A stretch of 64,000 bases of DNA from NCBI GenBank assembly GCA_002245135.1, contig NGBS01000003.1:1-64000 (forward strand), in the 5' to 3' direction. The DNA is from Proteromonas lacertae. Its lineage: Eukaryota. A program made the position numbers and the translations under genes. Of the stretch, positions 26,675-38,896 are shown one piece after another (position 1 is the stretch's first letter; each line of letters starts with the position of its first letter). The notes beneath the pieces were generated by a model. It was given only the letters and a program-made list of their open reading frames with translations, did no database searches and was not told where the DNA came from.

Positions 26675-27820
26675 ATGAATAAGAATGTATTATATATCCT
26701 TTCTACATCATTGTTGTTTATTGTTGGAACTTATGCTTTTCCAGAGAGTTTTATTCAACCTTTGATCAAGGGTGAGATTTATAAGGATAAGTATACTTTG
26801 TTCCTCATTTTTAAAATTATATAGAAAGCTTATAATAATATCTGGACCATCAGGAAGTAATAATTGAATATATATTTATGTAATAGTTGGTAAGACACAC
26901 TCAATATCACAATATGAATATGAGTTTGAGAAATTAGATATTATTTACTATGATCGTAATGTATTTGGTGAAACAAATGTTACAATTACAGATTTATTAA
27001 GTCAATTGTGTAATCTAGCACCCAAGGTAATAATAATAGATCATATAACTGATTTAAAAGAAATATTTATTGATACACGTATAAATGTAATATTAATAAT
27101 GTAATAGTATTGAAATATATGAAGAATTCATATCCACATTGTCAAAAGGCGAAATATGCTCTAATCTACACAATATCATCAGAAGTATATGATATAATTG
27201 CTGATAAAAACAACAAGAATAATTTTATAGAGAATTATTTGTTATATCCATACACTAAAGATGTTTTTCAAAAGCAAATTTCAGATGAGCAAATTCAATT
27301 AATTTCATATCCTTTAATATCAAAGAAATTTGTTGCAAAATTAGTTCAGAATAAAATAATGATGCTTTCAGGTTTATCAAATAACAATGATGATAAAAAG
27401 TTTAATAAAATCGTTCAATTATTTTCTGATTTTAATAACAAAGACGATAATGACATTTATGATTATTTAAGAATAAAGATTTCCAAAATAGATGATGATG
27501 TTATAAATAAATATGTAAAGAATATCAATAATATTGGAGATTGGATAGAATACAAAGATAGGGTTATATTGAAATCAAATTTAAATGACATTGTAAGTTT
27601 ATTATCATCGAATTTTGTTGATTATCTAAAAAGAAATTATAAAAAATGTTTAGATAATGATAAAGTAAAGAAATCAAATAAATATTACATTGAAACACAT
27701 CCAATACATTTGTTTATCTATTGGGATGAAGTAGAAGAAAGTATTAAGATGTTAAGTGGATCTCCGCTGTGGAAATCTTGTTTAGTAACAATAGATGATG
27801 TAATTAACAATTTTAAATAA
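26675..27820 (+). CDS. Divergent P-loop NTPase with an N-terminal hydrophobic/signal segment
   Basis: Splicing gives KLIIISGPSGIGKTH (Walker A split by an intron) and VIIID (Walker B). The last exon is ORF 27110-27820. Confidence 0.65.
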
Positions 27821-27838
27821 GTCATTTTTGTGTTATTA
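27338..27838 (+). repeat. 501-bp direct duplication, copy 1
   Basis: Apparently identical to 30475-30975, with an identical translated ORF. Confidence 0.95.
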
Positions 27839-28254
27839 CTATTGTGGGTAGGCAGAACGAGACTGGACAAAACCCTTTTCCATATTTGATAAAATATTTA
27901 TTAAGCATAAAGTTAAAGATTTTTTAATTTGAATAATAATAATATTAATTATTAATATTGAATGTAGATCCAGTATTGAACCAAAACTACCAAATGAAGT
28001 ATATTAAAATGAAGAGAATGGAAAAATATATGGAAATTATTAACAATTGCGCAGAAAGAAAAGAATACAAAAATAGTTTATGAGAATAAATTGAATTTAT
28101 GATTAATTTAGAATGTAAATAATGCTTAGATGAAAGTAACAAAAATGAAAATGTTATAATATATAAAAATAATACTCATATGAATAATGATAAAGAATTT
28201 TTTAAATATTATCCGTTTCATATATTTGAGTGAGTTTGAAGTTTGAAAATAAAA

Positions 28255-28880
28255 ATGAGAGCAGAAGATGAATACAGAGGTCAAAAGGCAAATAATATAT
28301 ATCTTTATTTTGTAATTGCCATATTAATTTTTATGTTGACAGATTTAATAATTAATAGCAGTATAGATTTTGATGATTATTCAAACAGCGGTGTATGTAA
28401 AGACCCAGCGTGTTTAGCTATGAGAATTATCTTATTGGCGTATTAATTGGTTGTTATTTGTCCATTTTTAGAGTTGAATGTGTTTGTATAATGCTATGTC
28501 TAATTTGTATCATCTTTATTATGTGTCAAACATATTTATATAAAGTTGGTATGGTTGGTTATTTATTTAGACAAATTCCAAATATTATTTATCCTACAGT
28601 CGTTTATTTACTATTAACATCAATATTAGGAATATTAAGAATTGTATATTTATTTATTTATTTATAATGAATGTAGCTAAGATCAGCAAAAAAAATGCCA
28701 TTAATTACTTTCTGGGATAGTCCTGTATTTACTATAACATTCATTTTACAGAAATTGTGTTTTCCATTTTTTTATGTAATTTATATAAAAGCAGCGTTAA
28801 TTTTAGGAGATCCAAAATTCTACAATAAAGATGAATGGATTAATATATTTGGAAATGATCTTCCAATGAATGGTTTATAA
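28255..28880 (+). CDS. TMEM138: TMEM138-like membrane protein
   Basis: TYLYKVGMVGYLF, FILQK and ALILGDPKFYNKDEW match remembered TMEM138 motifs. Two short introns. Confidence 0.65.
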
Positions 28881-29002
28881 TTAATTTTTACTATTATATT
28901 TGTTTGATTGCTGGTTTTAATTAACTGCTTTCAGATAAAAACAAACAATTAAAACTACTTATTAAAAAAAGAAATAATAATTTTATAAAGGAAATGAATT
29001 GA

Positions 29003-29600
29003 TTATACTAAATCAAACACTATAAATATCAACACTATCAAAATCCATATCATTATCAGGAAATAATTAATTGTCAAGGCAATCCTCTTCTCAATGATAA
29101 CAGCTACGATGATTAATAATATAAATATCATCAGCGCCATGATGTTTACAGGATCAGCATCATTACCATTTCCATCATTTCCATTACCGTTTCCATCATT
29201 ACCATTACCATCATCTCGACGATTACCTCGACGATTACCTCTATTTTCATCACCATCACCACCATTGTTGTCCTGTACATTAAGTCGATTATATATCATT
29301 CCATTAGCATGTAATATGCTTCTACCTTGTATAAATTTTCTATTTGACGCATAATTCTAAACTAATAAAATATTCAACTTACCACATAATCAGCATTGAA
29401 GTGAGTAAAGAGAAATAGAAGCCTATAGCATTTAAAATTATATAACTATACTGATATTCTACTGAAACCATAGTTGTCACTGCTAGACTTGAAGAATTCT
29501 CATTTTGTTCATGATCTAATGTTGATTCGAATTTTCTATTGATAATTGTGGGTAAAATGTAAAGTACTCATTATTTTCACATAAATTCTTTTCGTTATAT
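29003..29600 (-). CDS. Hypothetical membrane protein with a GN/GD low-complexity tract and two C-terminal TMs (5' exons uncertain)
   Basis: ORF 29003-29299 plus upstream intron-like AT tracts. Confidence 0.4.
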
Positions 29601-29879
29601 TCGATAATACTATCTAAATAATTCATTATTCAATCAATAATAAAAGTAAAAGTGATCTGCAGTTATGAAAAAATATTTTCATACACCAAATATTTGAAAA
29701 AGTTACAGAATTTAATAAATATAAAAGTGTTTATGGGAAATATAAAAAATGAAAGTAATAAACAATGAAATCAGTTCTACTATTGTTAATAATAGATTGG
29801 GACACGATATAGTTAGTAATGGTTGAGTGATGTGAAAGTGAGAATTTAAGAAGAAGAAATAAATGGAGTAGAATCAATT

Positions 29880-30400
29880 TTAATGAATGGAAATGAGATA
29901 TTTTGAAAATTATTGAAAGATGATAAATTCGAAGGAGAGTATTAGAGATTAGTGGAGGTTGTAGTAAAGAATCCTTTTTGTTATTAGAAATGCACTATGG
30001 GGGTGGTCATACTGATATAAACTGTAAAAATGTATGTGAGATCTTAAAAACGATTAATTCCTCTATAAAATATTCGTAATAAATCATCTTGATGATACAC
30101 TACATTTATGTAATATAAAGATAAGAAAATTAAGTGAATTGAGTGAAAGATACTTAGAATGTAATGGTTTAAGATATATTAAATTCATATTAGAAAGTCC
30201 AAAATTATTAATAAAAGATGATACAATAATCTTAAATCAGTTAATAGGAAAGTAACATGAAAAAATAAGAAAATGTATATGTTTATGTTATACTTAATTT
30301 TGTCGATATAGACTTAATAATAAAATATCTACATACCTTGAATGGCAATGATGAAAATGAGATAAGCCAAATAATCATAGATGAAATTTTGGTTTAATAA
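29880..30400 (+). pseudogene. Decayed coding-like fragments (possibly LRR-like)
   Basis: Purine-rich, codon-like sequence interrupted by stops, lying directly upstream of the duplicated fragment. Confidence 0.3.
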
Positions 30401-30474
30401 AAAGTAAATCATTATATTCTATGATTGTTGTTTTGATAGTTAAAAACTAACATCATATTCATATCTATGTTACG

Positions 30475-30975
30475 AAATTAGTTCAGAATAAAATAATGAT
30501 GCTTTCAGGTTTATCAAATAACAATGATGATAAAAAGTTTAATAAAATCGTTCAATTATTTTCTGATTTTAATAACAAAGACGATAATGACATTTATGAT
30601 TATTTAAGAATAAAGATTTCCAAAATAGATGATGATGTTATAAATAAATATGTAAAGAATATCAATAATATTGGAGATTGGATAGAATACAAAGATAGGG
30701 TTATATTGAAATCAAATTTAAATGACATTGTAAGTTTATTATCATCGAATTTTGTTGATTATCTAAAAAGAAATTATAAAAAATGTTTAGATAATGATAA
30801 AGTAAAGAAATCAAATAAATATTACATTGAAACACATCCAATACATTTGTTTATCTATTGGGATGAAGTAGAAGAAAGTATTAAGATGTTAAGTGGATCT
30901 CCGCTGTGGAAATCTTGTTTAGTAACAATAGATGATGTAATTAACAATTTTAAATAAGTCATTTTTGTGTTATTA
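30475..30975 (+). pseudogene. 501-bp direct duplication, copy 2: 3' fragment of the P-loop NTPase gene lacking the Walker motifs
   Basis: Same sequence as 27338-27838; similarity begins mid-exon. Confidence 0.85.
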
Positions 30976-31378
30976 TTGTTGTTTTTATTTGAGGATTTTT
31001 TACATCTATTTTACAGGATTAAAATTACTCCAATGATTTTATATAACAAAAAAATAGAATGTAGCAATCAAAGGAATTGAATTCTATGTTATAAAATTCT
31101 GTTGATATTTCTTTCTATTCTTCTTTCGATATTCCATCTAATTACACATCAATTTCACAAAAATACTTTTATATTTATAAATATTTAGCCGTTTCTTTCA
31201 TCATTTTTCATTTTTTCTCTTTAAATCATCATTACGTATTGATAATGATATAATAACATGAATAGATTGATATATAGTATATTTTCTTTTATTATAACAT
31301 TATTAGAATGATATTAATTGTTTATAAGAAATTACAAAAGAGAGAGTGATATATAAGAAAAAGAGTGAAAGAATAATC

Positions 31379-31496
31379 AGAATCGTTCATATCTACAATA
31401 AAGCACCGCATCCCATCAGAACTGCGAAGTTAAGATTGTACGAGCTATGATAGTAGTACAGTGGGGCACTCTGTGCGAAGTCATAGTAACGATTCT
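31379..31496 (+). rRNA. 5S rRNA gene (single copy, AT-shifted)
   Basis: 118 nt. Terminal helix AGAATCGTT/AACGATTCT; conserved CCGCATCCCATCAGAACTGCGAAGTTAAG (loop C/box A) and TAGTA...TGGGG (box C region); followed by oligo-T. Confidence 0.92.
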
Positions 31497-31510
31497 TTTT
31501 ATTCTTTTTG
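31496..31510 (+). terminator. RNA polymerase III oligo-T terminator
   Basis: TTTTT at 31496-31500, with further T runs directly after the 5S gene. Confidence 0.7.
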
Positions 31511-31836
31511 TTTATTTCTTTTTTCTTTCTTTTTATTATGATGTTTAGGAGGTATAGAAACAATAAAATAACACAAACAAATAGAATTAAACTCAATCGA
31601 TAATTAATTAGTTTTTATTACAGGTTTATTGCGATGTATCTTTTAGTTTTGTTTATCAATAGCACCATTTTTTTACAGCACAACCACTTTATAAAACCTC
31701 TCCTTTTTTAAAATCAAATTCTGATTAAATATCTCAAAGCCTAACCAATCTTTTAAATATTTAGTATTTTATTAAAATTGCATTTATAATCAAATTAAAA
31801 TAAACATATAATAATAATAATAATAATAATAATATC

Positions 31837-34800
31837 TCAAAATTCCATTAGTATATCTTTCATATTATTTAGATTAAAATCTTTTGCATACACATCTTTA
31901 ATGAATTGACATTTACAGCTATGTAATTGTATATTACCAGATAAGGTTATTTCTGTTTCATCTATAAAGAATTTTGTTATTTTTCTGTTATCTGTTGGTA
32001 ATAGTACTTCTTGCACTTTCATTTTTCCTGTTTTATTATTATCACGATTCTTTACTCCTATTAAGTGTGAAGTTATTTGATGTTCATCATTTACAATTGA
32101 TTGTTGTGAAGTGTTTCTTCTAGATGAAACAGAAATATAATAGAAGTTAGACCATTCCATTTCTAATTTTAAACATATCATACATTCTTTAATAATATCA
32201 TTACATTCTCTTTCTTCTACATCATTTACTACATGAATAAAACAATTATTTAATAAGTAAATCATTTCTCTATTCTCTAGAGTTGCTAAATGAAGCAAAT
32301 ATATTCCTTCATTCTCTTTTGATACATCACCTTCTTTTTTTGTAGTAGAGTATATATCTCCATCAAATAATTCTTTAAATTTTTCAAAATAACCTACCTT
32401 TATTCTCTCTAATCTAATACCTTTTTTTCCATCTAGCTTATCACCATAATATAAACAGTTGTACCATACTAATTCTTGAAACAACAATTGAAATAATTGA
32501 TGATCTTTTTCATCAGACAAATTATTAAATATATTTTGAATTTCTTTTACATCATCTTCTTCAGCTTTGTGTCTTATACAATCATAAATATAGTCAAATA
32601 TATCATTAGATATAAACTCCAATTCATATTCATTGATTCTATCATAACATTTACTTGTTCTATCTTCTTCTTTAAATGGTAAAGAATACTTCACTAAATA
32701 ATGACTTAATGTAGTATCAAATAATACTGTCCTATTTGCAGATATCTTTACTTCTTCTCCATTTTCGTTTGGTTCATTTGGATATAGATATGTAATTAAA
32801 AATTCTATATATCCAATACCACCTATTATTCTTTTTATACCTATTGTGTATAATTCACTCCAATAATCTTTACCATAACATTCCTTATATATTGCTGAAT
32901 AGTAGATATGTCTTGGAACATTTCCATATTTCTTATTAAATCCTTTTGCTGTATTTACTAAATCAGGAGGTAAACATTTTTCTTCCCATTCTACTATCTC
33001 TTTATCACTAAATACATCCATATAATAAAACACATTTTTACCTGGAGAAAAATAATAATTTTTATAATTCTGATAATCTGGTGAGGTTATATATAATGAA
33101 ATTAAAGAATAAACATCTCCCACATAAAGATTATATGAATCAGATATAGCTATATCCACATATTTATATTTGTCCTCATTATATGGACATATTTTTAATC
33201 CATTCAAGTAATAATGATTACCTTTCTCATCGTTTCCTTGTTTAAATATCGATGCTTGAATTGGATTTATAAACTTCCCACCTAATTTATTCACTTCTAT
33301 TTCCAACTTATTATTTAAGTCAATAATATTTTGTAACAAAAATATTATAAAGGATGTTTTTCCACATCCTGGATTTCCTCTTAATAAAATATTAATTCTT
33401 TCTTTAAATTTTGTCTCCATCATTTCTTTTTCTTTTTCTTTCATTATTCTGTCATTTTCTTCTACTTCATCATCATCATCTTCTTCTACTTCATCATCTT
33501 CTTCTTCTTCTAATTTTTCATCTTCTTCTACTTCTAATTTTTCATCTCTTTCTTCTTCAAAGAATTTAATGTTTTCTTTATCATCATTCACAAATGTTTT
33601 ATATGCACTTTTAACAGTTTCGTATATATCTGATTTGACACTTAGTTCTTTAATTACTTTGATTATATTATGTTCTTTATTATACTTATTCTTTTTTCTA
33701 ATCCATTCATTCATTTCGTTAATAATAATTCTGATGTTCAACCTAGCATCATCATTAATTTCTATATAATCCATATAGTCATTTAACTTTACAAATAAAA
33801 TATATTTCTTTAGTTCACTCCAAATTTCTTTATAAACATCTCGAATAAAGACTTTCCTTTCAGGATATTGATATACATCATATTCAATGCTTATTGTATC
33901 ATCTTTATTTATTGTCACAGGATGATCAAATATTTCGCATAAAGAATTAGTTTCTATAATTAATATATAATAATAACAGTAATAACATACTTGTACAGGA
34001 TTTACAATATTTATATAAATTGCCTTTCATTTCTTTAATATCATTAAAAGCAACATCTAATTCTTTTGTATCACATGAATTAATATCCAATTCTTTCATT
34101 TTTTTTACTTTTTCATTATTTGGATCTAACTCTATACTATCATTGATTTTTCTCAACTCATCAGTAATTATTGTTATTTTATCATCATTTGTCATTTCAT
34201 TTACATTACAATTTGTTAAATCTCTTTCAATTGTATTTGGATTGTAAAAGATTTGATTAAATGTATTTCTATCAATAACAATTTCAGGAATATCTTTCTT
34301 CTGTTCATATTTTTTAATAAGTAAATTTGAATTTTCTTTAGGTTGAAATTCTAATACAGCCTTATCTCGAATAAATCTTTTTTCTTTTACTTTTTCACTT
34401 TCAAAAGATGCTAGATACTTACGTAATTCTATTAAACTCATTTTTAATGTACTAAATTGAAGTCTTTTTGATTTTATAGAAATTATAATTTTTATTTGCT
34501 TGTCATTTAATACTATTCCTGTATTTACTCTTTTTTGGGGATTTTCATCTGAAAATTCATTCCAATTATAATTCTTTTTCATCTCCTTAATCATTCTATC
34601 TTGAAATAATCCATATTTTCCAAAGCTTACTTCACCTTCTTTAAATGGAGCTTTTACTTTATCATGATCGTATGAGACAAATATTATATTAAATATTGGA
34701 TTACATATTTCTAATTCATTTATTGCTTCATTCAAATCAATTTTTCTTATCCACTATAATAATAATAATAATAAAAATATACATTTATTATTTCTTTTTT

Positions 34801-37800
34801 CATTTCTCCTTTTCTATTATCATCCAAGTTATTGTAATATTCATCCACTAAATAATCATCTAAATCATGAACTAGTTTTCTATGATGTAAAGTAACATCA
34901 TCATTTCCTACTGTTTCTACCACTGTATTTAAACTAACTTTTATTGATTCGTTTGCTTCTTCAATATCATACATATCTACTAACTGTAGTTGCTTTTGTA
35001 AGAACAACAATTGGTAATCTAGTGAATATAATGCATATTTTAGCTGTTGAAGTAATTTTACCTCATATGTATGTAAATCAGAAGATAATTTCTTCATTTC
35101 ATCAGTTTTTTCAAAGTGTTTTTTTAGTTCATTATTTAAACTACATAACCTAATCTCAAATAATATTTTATCATTGTTTGTTGTTTCTAACAATTGCATA
35201 AATGATCTGAACAGTTTCTCCTTTATATACAACTCATTCTGTAACTCATCTAGTTGAAGTAATTCTGGAATAGTTTGTAGTTTATATATTTCATTCTTTA
35301 ATATTTCTATTCGATTTGGCATTATAAAATCCAGTAATTCTTCTATTTGTTTCTTTAAAATTAGTATTTGATCTGAAGGTAATGTATTTTGTAATGTTTC
35401 TAATTGATTGTTTAATTTTGCTATCTGATCTGATGGTGATATTCCATTTTGTAATGATTGTATTACACTCTGTAATACATTTTTTTGAATTTCTGGTATT
35501 TTATTTTGCAAATTTTGTATTTCAAGCTGTAATATTCCTGCTGTATCTGCAGCTAATTCATTCTGTAACTTTTGCTGTAATATTTGTATCTGAATTTGTG
35601 GTACTTCATTAAATAATCTCATTATTTGATTCTTTAATGTATTTATTTGATCTGATGTTAATTCATTTAGTAATGTTTCTATGTGTTTATTTAATTCTTC
35701 TATCTGATCTGATGGTGATATTCCATTTTGTAATGACTGTATTACACTTTGTAATATAAACTTTTGAACTTCTGGTATTTCATTCTGTAATTCTTTTTCC
35801 ATATTATATAATCTATCTATATAAATCTTCAAATCTTCGTTTTCATTTTGCCTATAACTATCTTCATATTCTTTTATGTAATTTTGGAATTTTGTAATAT
35901 GAATTTGTGGTACTTCATATAATAATCTATTCATTAGATTCTTTAATGTTTCTATTTGATATGGTGATAGAAGCAATGTTAGTATTTGATTGAGGATTAT
36001 TATCTGTCCAATTTGTGCTAATTCTTTCATTTTATTTTGTAATATACCTAATACAATTTTTGGTTGTTCATTATAATGTTTCTCTAACATTGCGATTTGA
36101 AGCAGATGAAGATTCTGTATTGCAAGTATTTGGTTGTCCAACTTAGTAATTGTGGGTGATAATTTTTCTGATAATGAACATATCTGTGTAGAATAAATAT
36201 CCATTATGTTATATAATGATGTTGTTAAATCATTTAGGTCTGGAATATTTGATAATTTATCCTTTAGCAATAATATTAAGTAGTTCAATTCTTGTGGTTT
36301 TTTATTCAAATGAATTAATTTATTCTTTAATTCTTGTAACTGGATTGATAAATCATCAATTTTTATGTTGCTTAGTCTCTCAAACTGCATGAAAATTGTA
36401 TCATGTGCTGTAGTAATTTCATCTGATAAATACTTAATAAAAGCATCTGTCGTTTCTTCCAATGTTTTTATATCAGCAGTTAATGTTTGTATTTTGGGAG
36501 ATAAAGAAGTAGTACTAGCTGCATTTAAGGTAGCTGGTGAATTTGATAATACTGATTTTATCTCTTCTGCTATATTCTTCCATATCAATAATTGGTTTTT
36601 GCATTTATTTTTTCCATTTATTAATGTTTTTATTTGTACTGATCAATGTATTAATTCTTCCTTCTATTAATGACACTATATCATTATCTTCTATTCTTTT
36701 TTCTATTCTATTATTTAATTTAACCATATCTTCATTATTTATATTGGAATTTAGTACTGTAAATTTATTGATATCACTATCCAAAACATCCTTGAATTGC
36801 TTCTTCCAATCATCATTATACACATCAAGAAAACTTGATTCAATGTATTTTCTGCAGGTGATTTCATTAATCAAAAACTAAATTAATAAAAATAAGATAA
36901 AATATACATAACTTTCACATAATATTCTCTTTCTTTCATCTATCAATAATTTATATTTTTCTTTCAATTCATTGGGTATATAACCGTTATGATACAATGA
37001 AGATGATATTACCTCTTCATTTCTATCATTAGCGTTGTTAAATTCTCTCAAAAACTCTATTATTTCGCTTTTACGTTGATGATACAACATCTATTCAAAG
37101 TATAATAATTATACATTTATACATTTAATAACACTATTACAGTATTTACAGTAGGATGATTATCTGCTATTGTCATTTGTACAGGAGTAAAACTAAATTT
37201 ATTAATCATACAGCCATCAATTCCTGGAAAATCTGAGATTTCACTAAAATCTATGTATAATTCATGAATATCTTTACTAACTTTATCCTCATAATTATTA
37301 ATATCATCTGTCAATTTATCCATATAATGCTTATGCGCAGGAATTGATATAACATCATTATTCATACTTCTATTAGCAAAAATAATATGAATCATTCTTT
37401 CAAAAACATTACCATTTCTTCCTTTCCTAAACACATTATATAATTCTTCATAATTCTCTGGGTTATTAAAATGATTATGTAAAATAATTTTGGCTATTTT
37501 ATCTGATAAAAACTTCAATCGATCAGGAATGCCATTAACTTTATCCACATCATAAATAAAGTACCTTTCGTTATATTTTTGTGGAATAAATACAGGTAAT
37601 CCTATATTCCTATTAAATGCTAATTCATGGTAAGGAAATGAGGGTAATAAACATTTGCTAAATCTTTCATAGATTATTTTTTCTTCATCACTCAATTGAG
37701 TTATATAAAACTGTATTGCAGCTCTTTTATTACTCATAATTTTGCACTTAGTTGCATTTGGAGAGCTGACCATTACTACTACTTCATCATTACTAAACTC

Positions 37801-38235
37801 ATCTTCTCTAATTTGAAAATTATCACTTATGATTATCGTTTTTCTTTTAGTAGAGGGTAGTTGATATGTATTTTCAAATTTTACACCATAAGCTTCTCGA
37901 AAAAGATAGTCTGTATGGATTGTGTTTGAATCACAAAATAGAACGATGTTATATTCTTTGAAATCTTTATCCATGTTGAAACAAAATGCCAGAAAACAAC
38001 TCAATGTGGTCTTACCAAGTTGTTCATTACCATAAACCAGGAAGCACTTTTGAATTTTGGAGTGTTTACCTATTTGAATTATTCTTTTCATCTCACTATA
38101 TATTTTCTTGAAGCAGTCTCTCATTAAAATGAATGTTTCCTTATCTGCACATATCTCAACTCCTTCATTTATATAATCGGTAATAACCGTTAAATCATTA
38201 ATATTACCATAAGATGATATAGTATACTCACACAT
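31837..38235 (-). CDS. Giant Crinkler/RHS-like protein B (about 2089 aa): NTPase + REase-like, helical repeat/coiled coil, second NTPase; one frameshift
   Basis: Six ORFs are joined in frame by GT-AG introns 37091-37122, 36878-36907, 34754-34782 and 33954-33990 plus a 1-nt shift at 36605-36613. Walker A motifs GNEQLGKT and GNPGCGKT; FERMIH...DFPGIDG...PVQMTIADNH. Confidence 0.7.
35380..35970 (-). repeat. Internal helical repeats in gene B (LQSVIQSLQNGISPSDQI, period 279 bp; a more degenerate QIxTLKN..RLxxEVPQI repeat, period about 309 bp)
   Basis: DNA match ctatctgatctgatggtgatattccattttgtaatga at 35421 and 35700. Confidence 0.8.
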
Positions 38236-38242
38236 TTTTCAA

Positions 38243-38295
38243 TTTGAATGAATAGCCAATCAAATAGCTCAAAGAAATAACCAATCAAAATTCGT
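38243..38295 (-). promoter_or_regulatory. Putative promoter of gene B with two CCAAT boxes
   Basis: CCAAT at 38256 and 38281, just upstream of the ATG at 38235; homologous to 43602-43701. Confidence 0.65.
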
Positions 38296-38896
38296 AATTC
38301 TATTTTTTAGCATTTCGTTTTTCACATGATATGTAATGAGATGAAGGATAATATTTTATGGTTTGATTTTTATAATGGTGTTATAATTAGTTCTACACTA
38401 TTGAGTGATGTGATGTAATTTCTGTTTATGTAGTTGTATGTACTTTAGTGATGTCAGTTTTATATATAGTTCTTATTATTTTCTGCATTAAAGATACACA
38501 CAGATTAAATTGATATTTCTACACATTACACTCATTTTTATGCTGTGAGTGAGTTAAACTCATTTGAACTGCCTATCGAAACTGTTATATAATACATATA
38601 GTGTAGCATTCTACTAACAGCTGTACAAATATTATCTTCTTCAAACTCTTTCATTTATTCTTCAAATGATTTTATGAATATTTTTAATGTTTCTAAATAG
38701 TCATCCATATTATAGTAAAACAACAGGATATGAGATAATTCAAAACAAAAAAGTGAATTTGAAAGATTGCTTGTTTAACTACTATTTGTTGTTCTGTTTC
38801 AAAGCTGTGTGAATGGATTGTATTACGGTGATTAAATAATAGTAAAAAGACTGTTAATGAGTTTAGAGAGTTGTTCCAACTATGGGTAGCATTACA

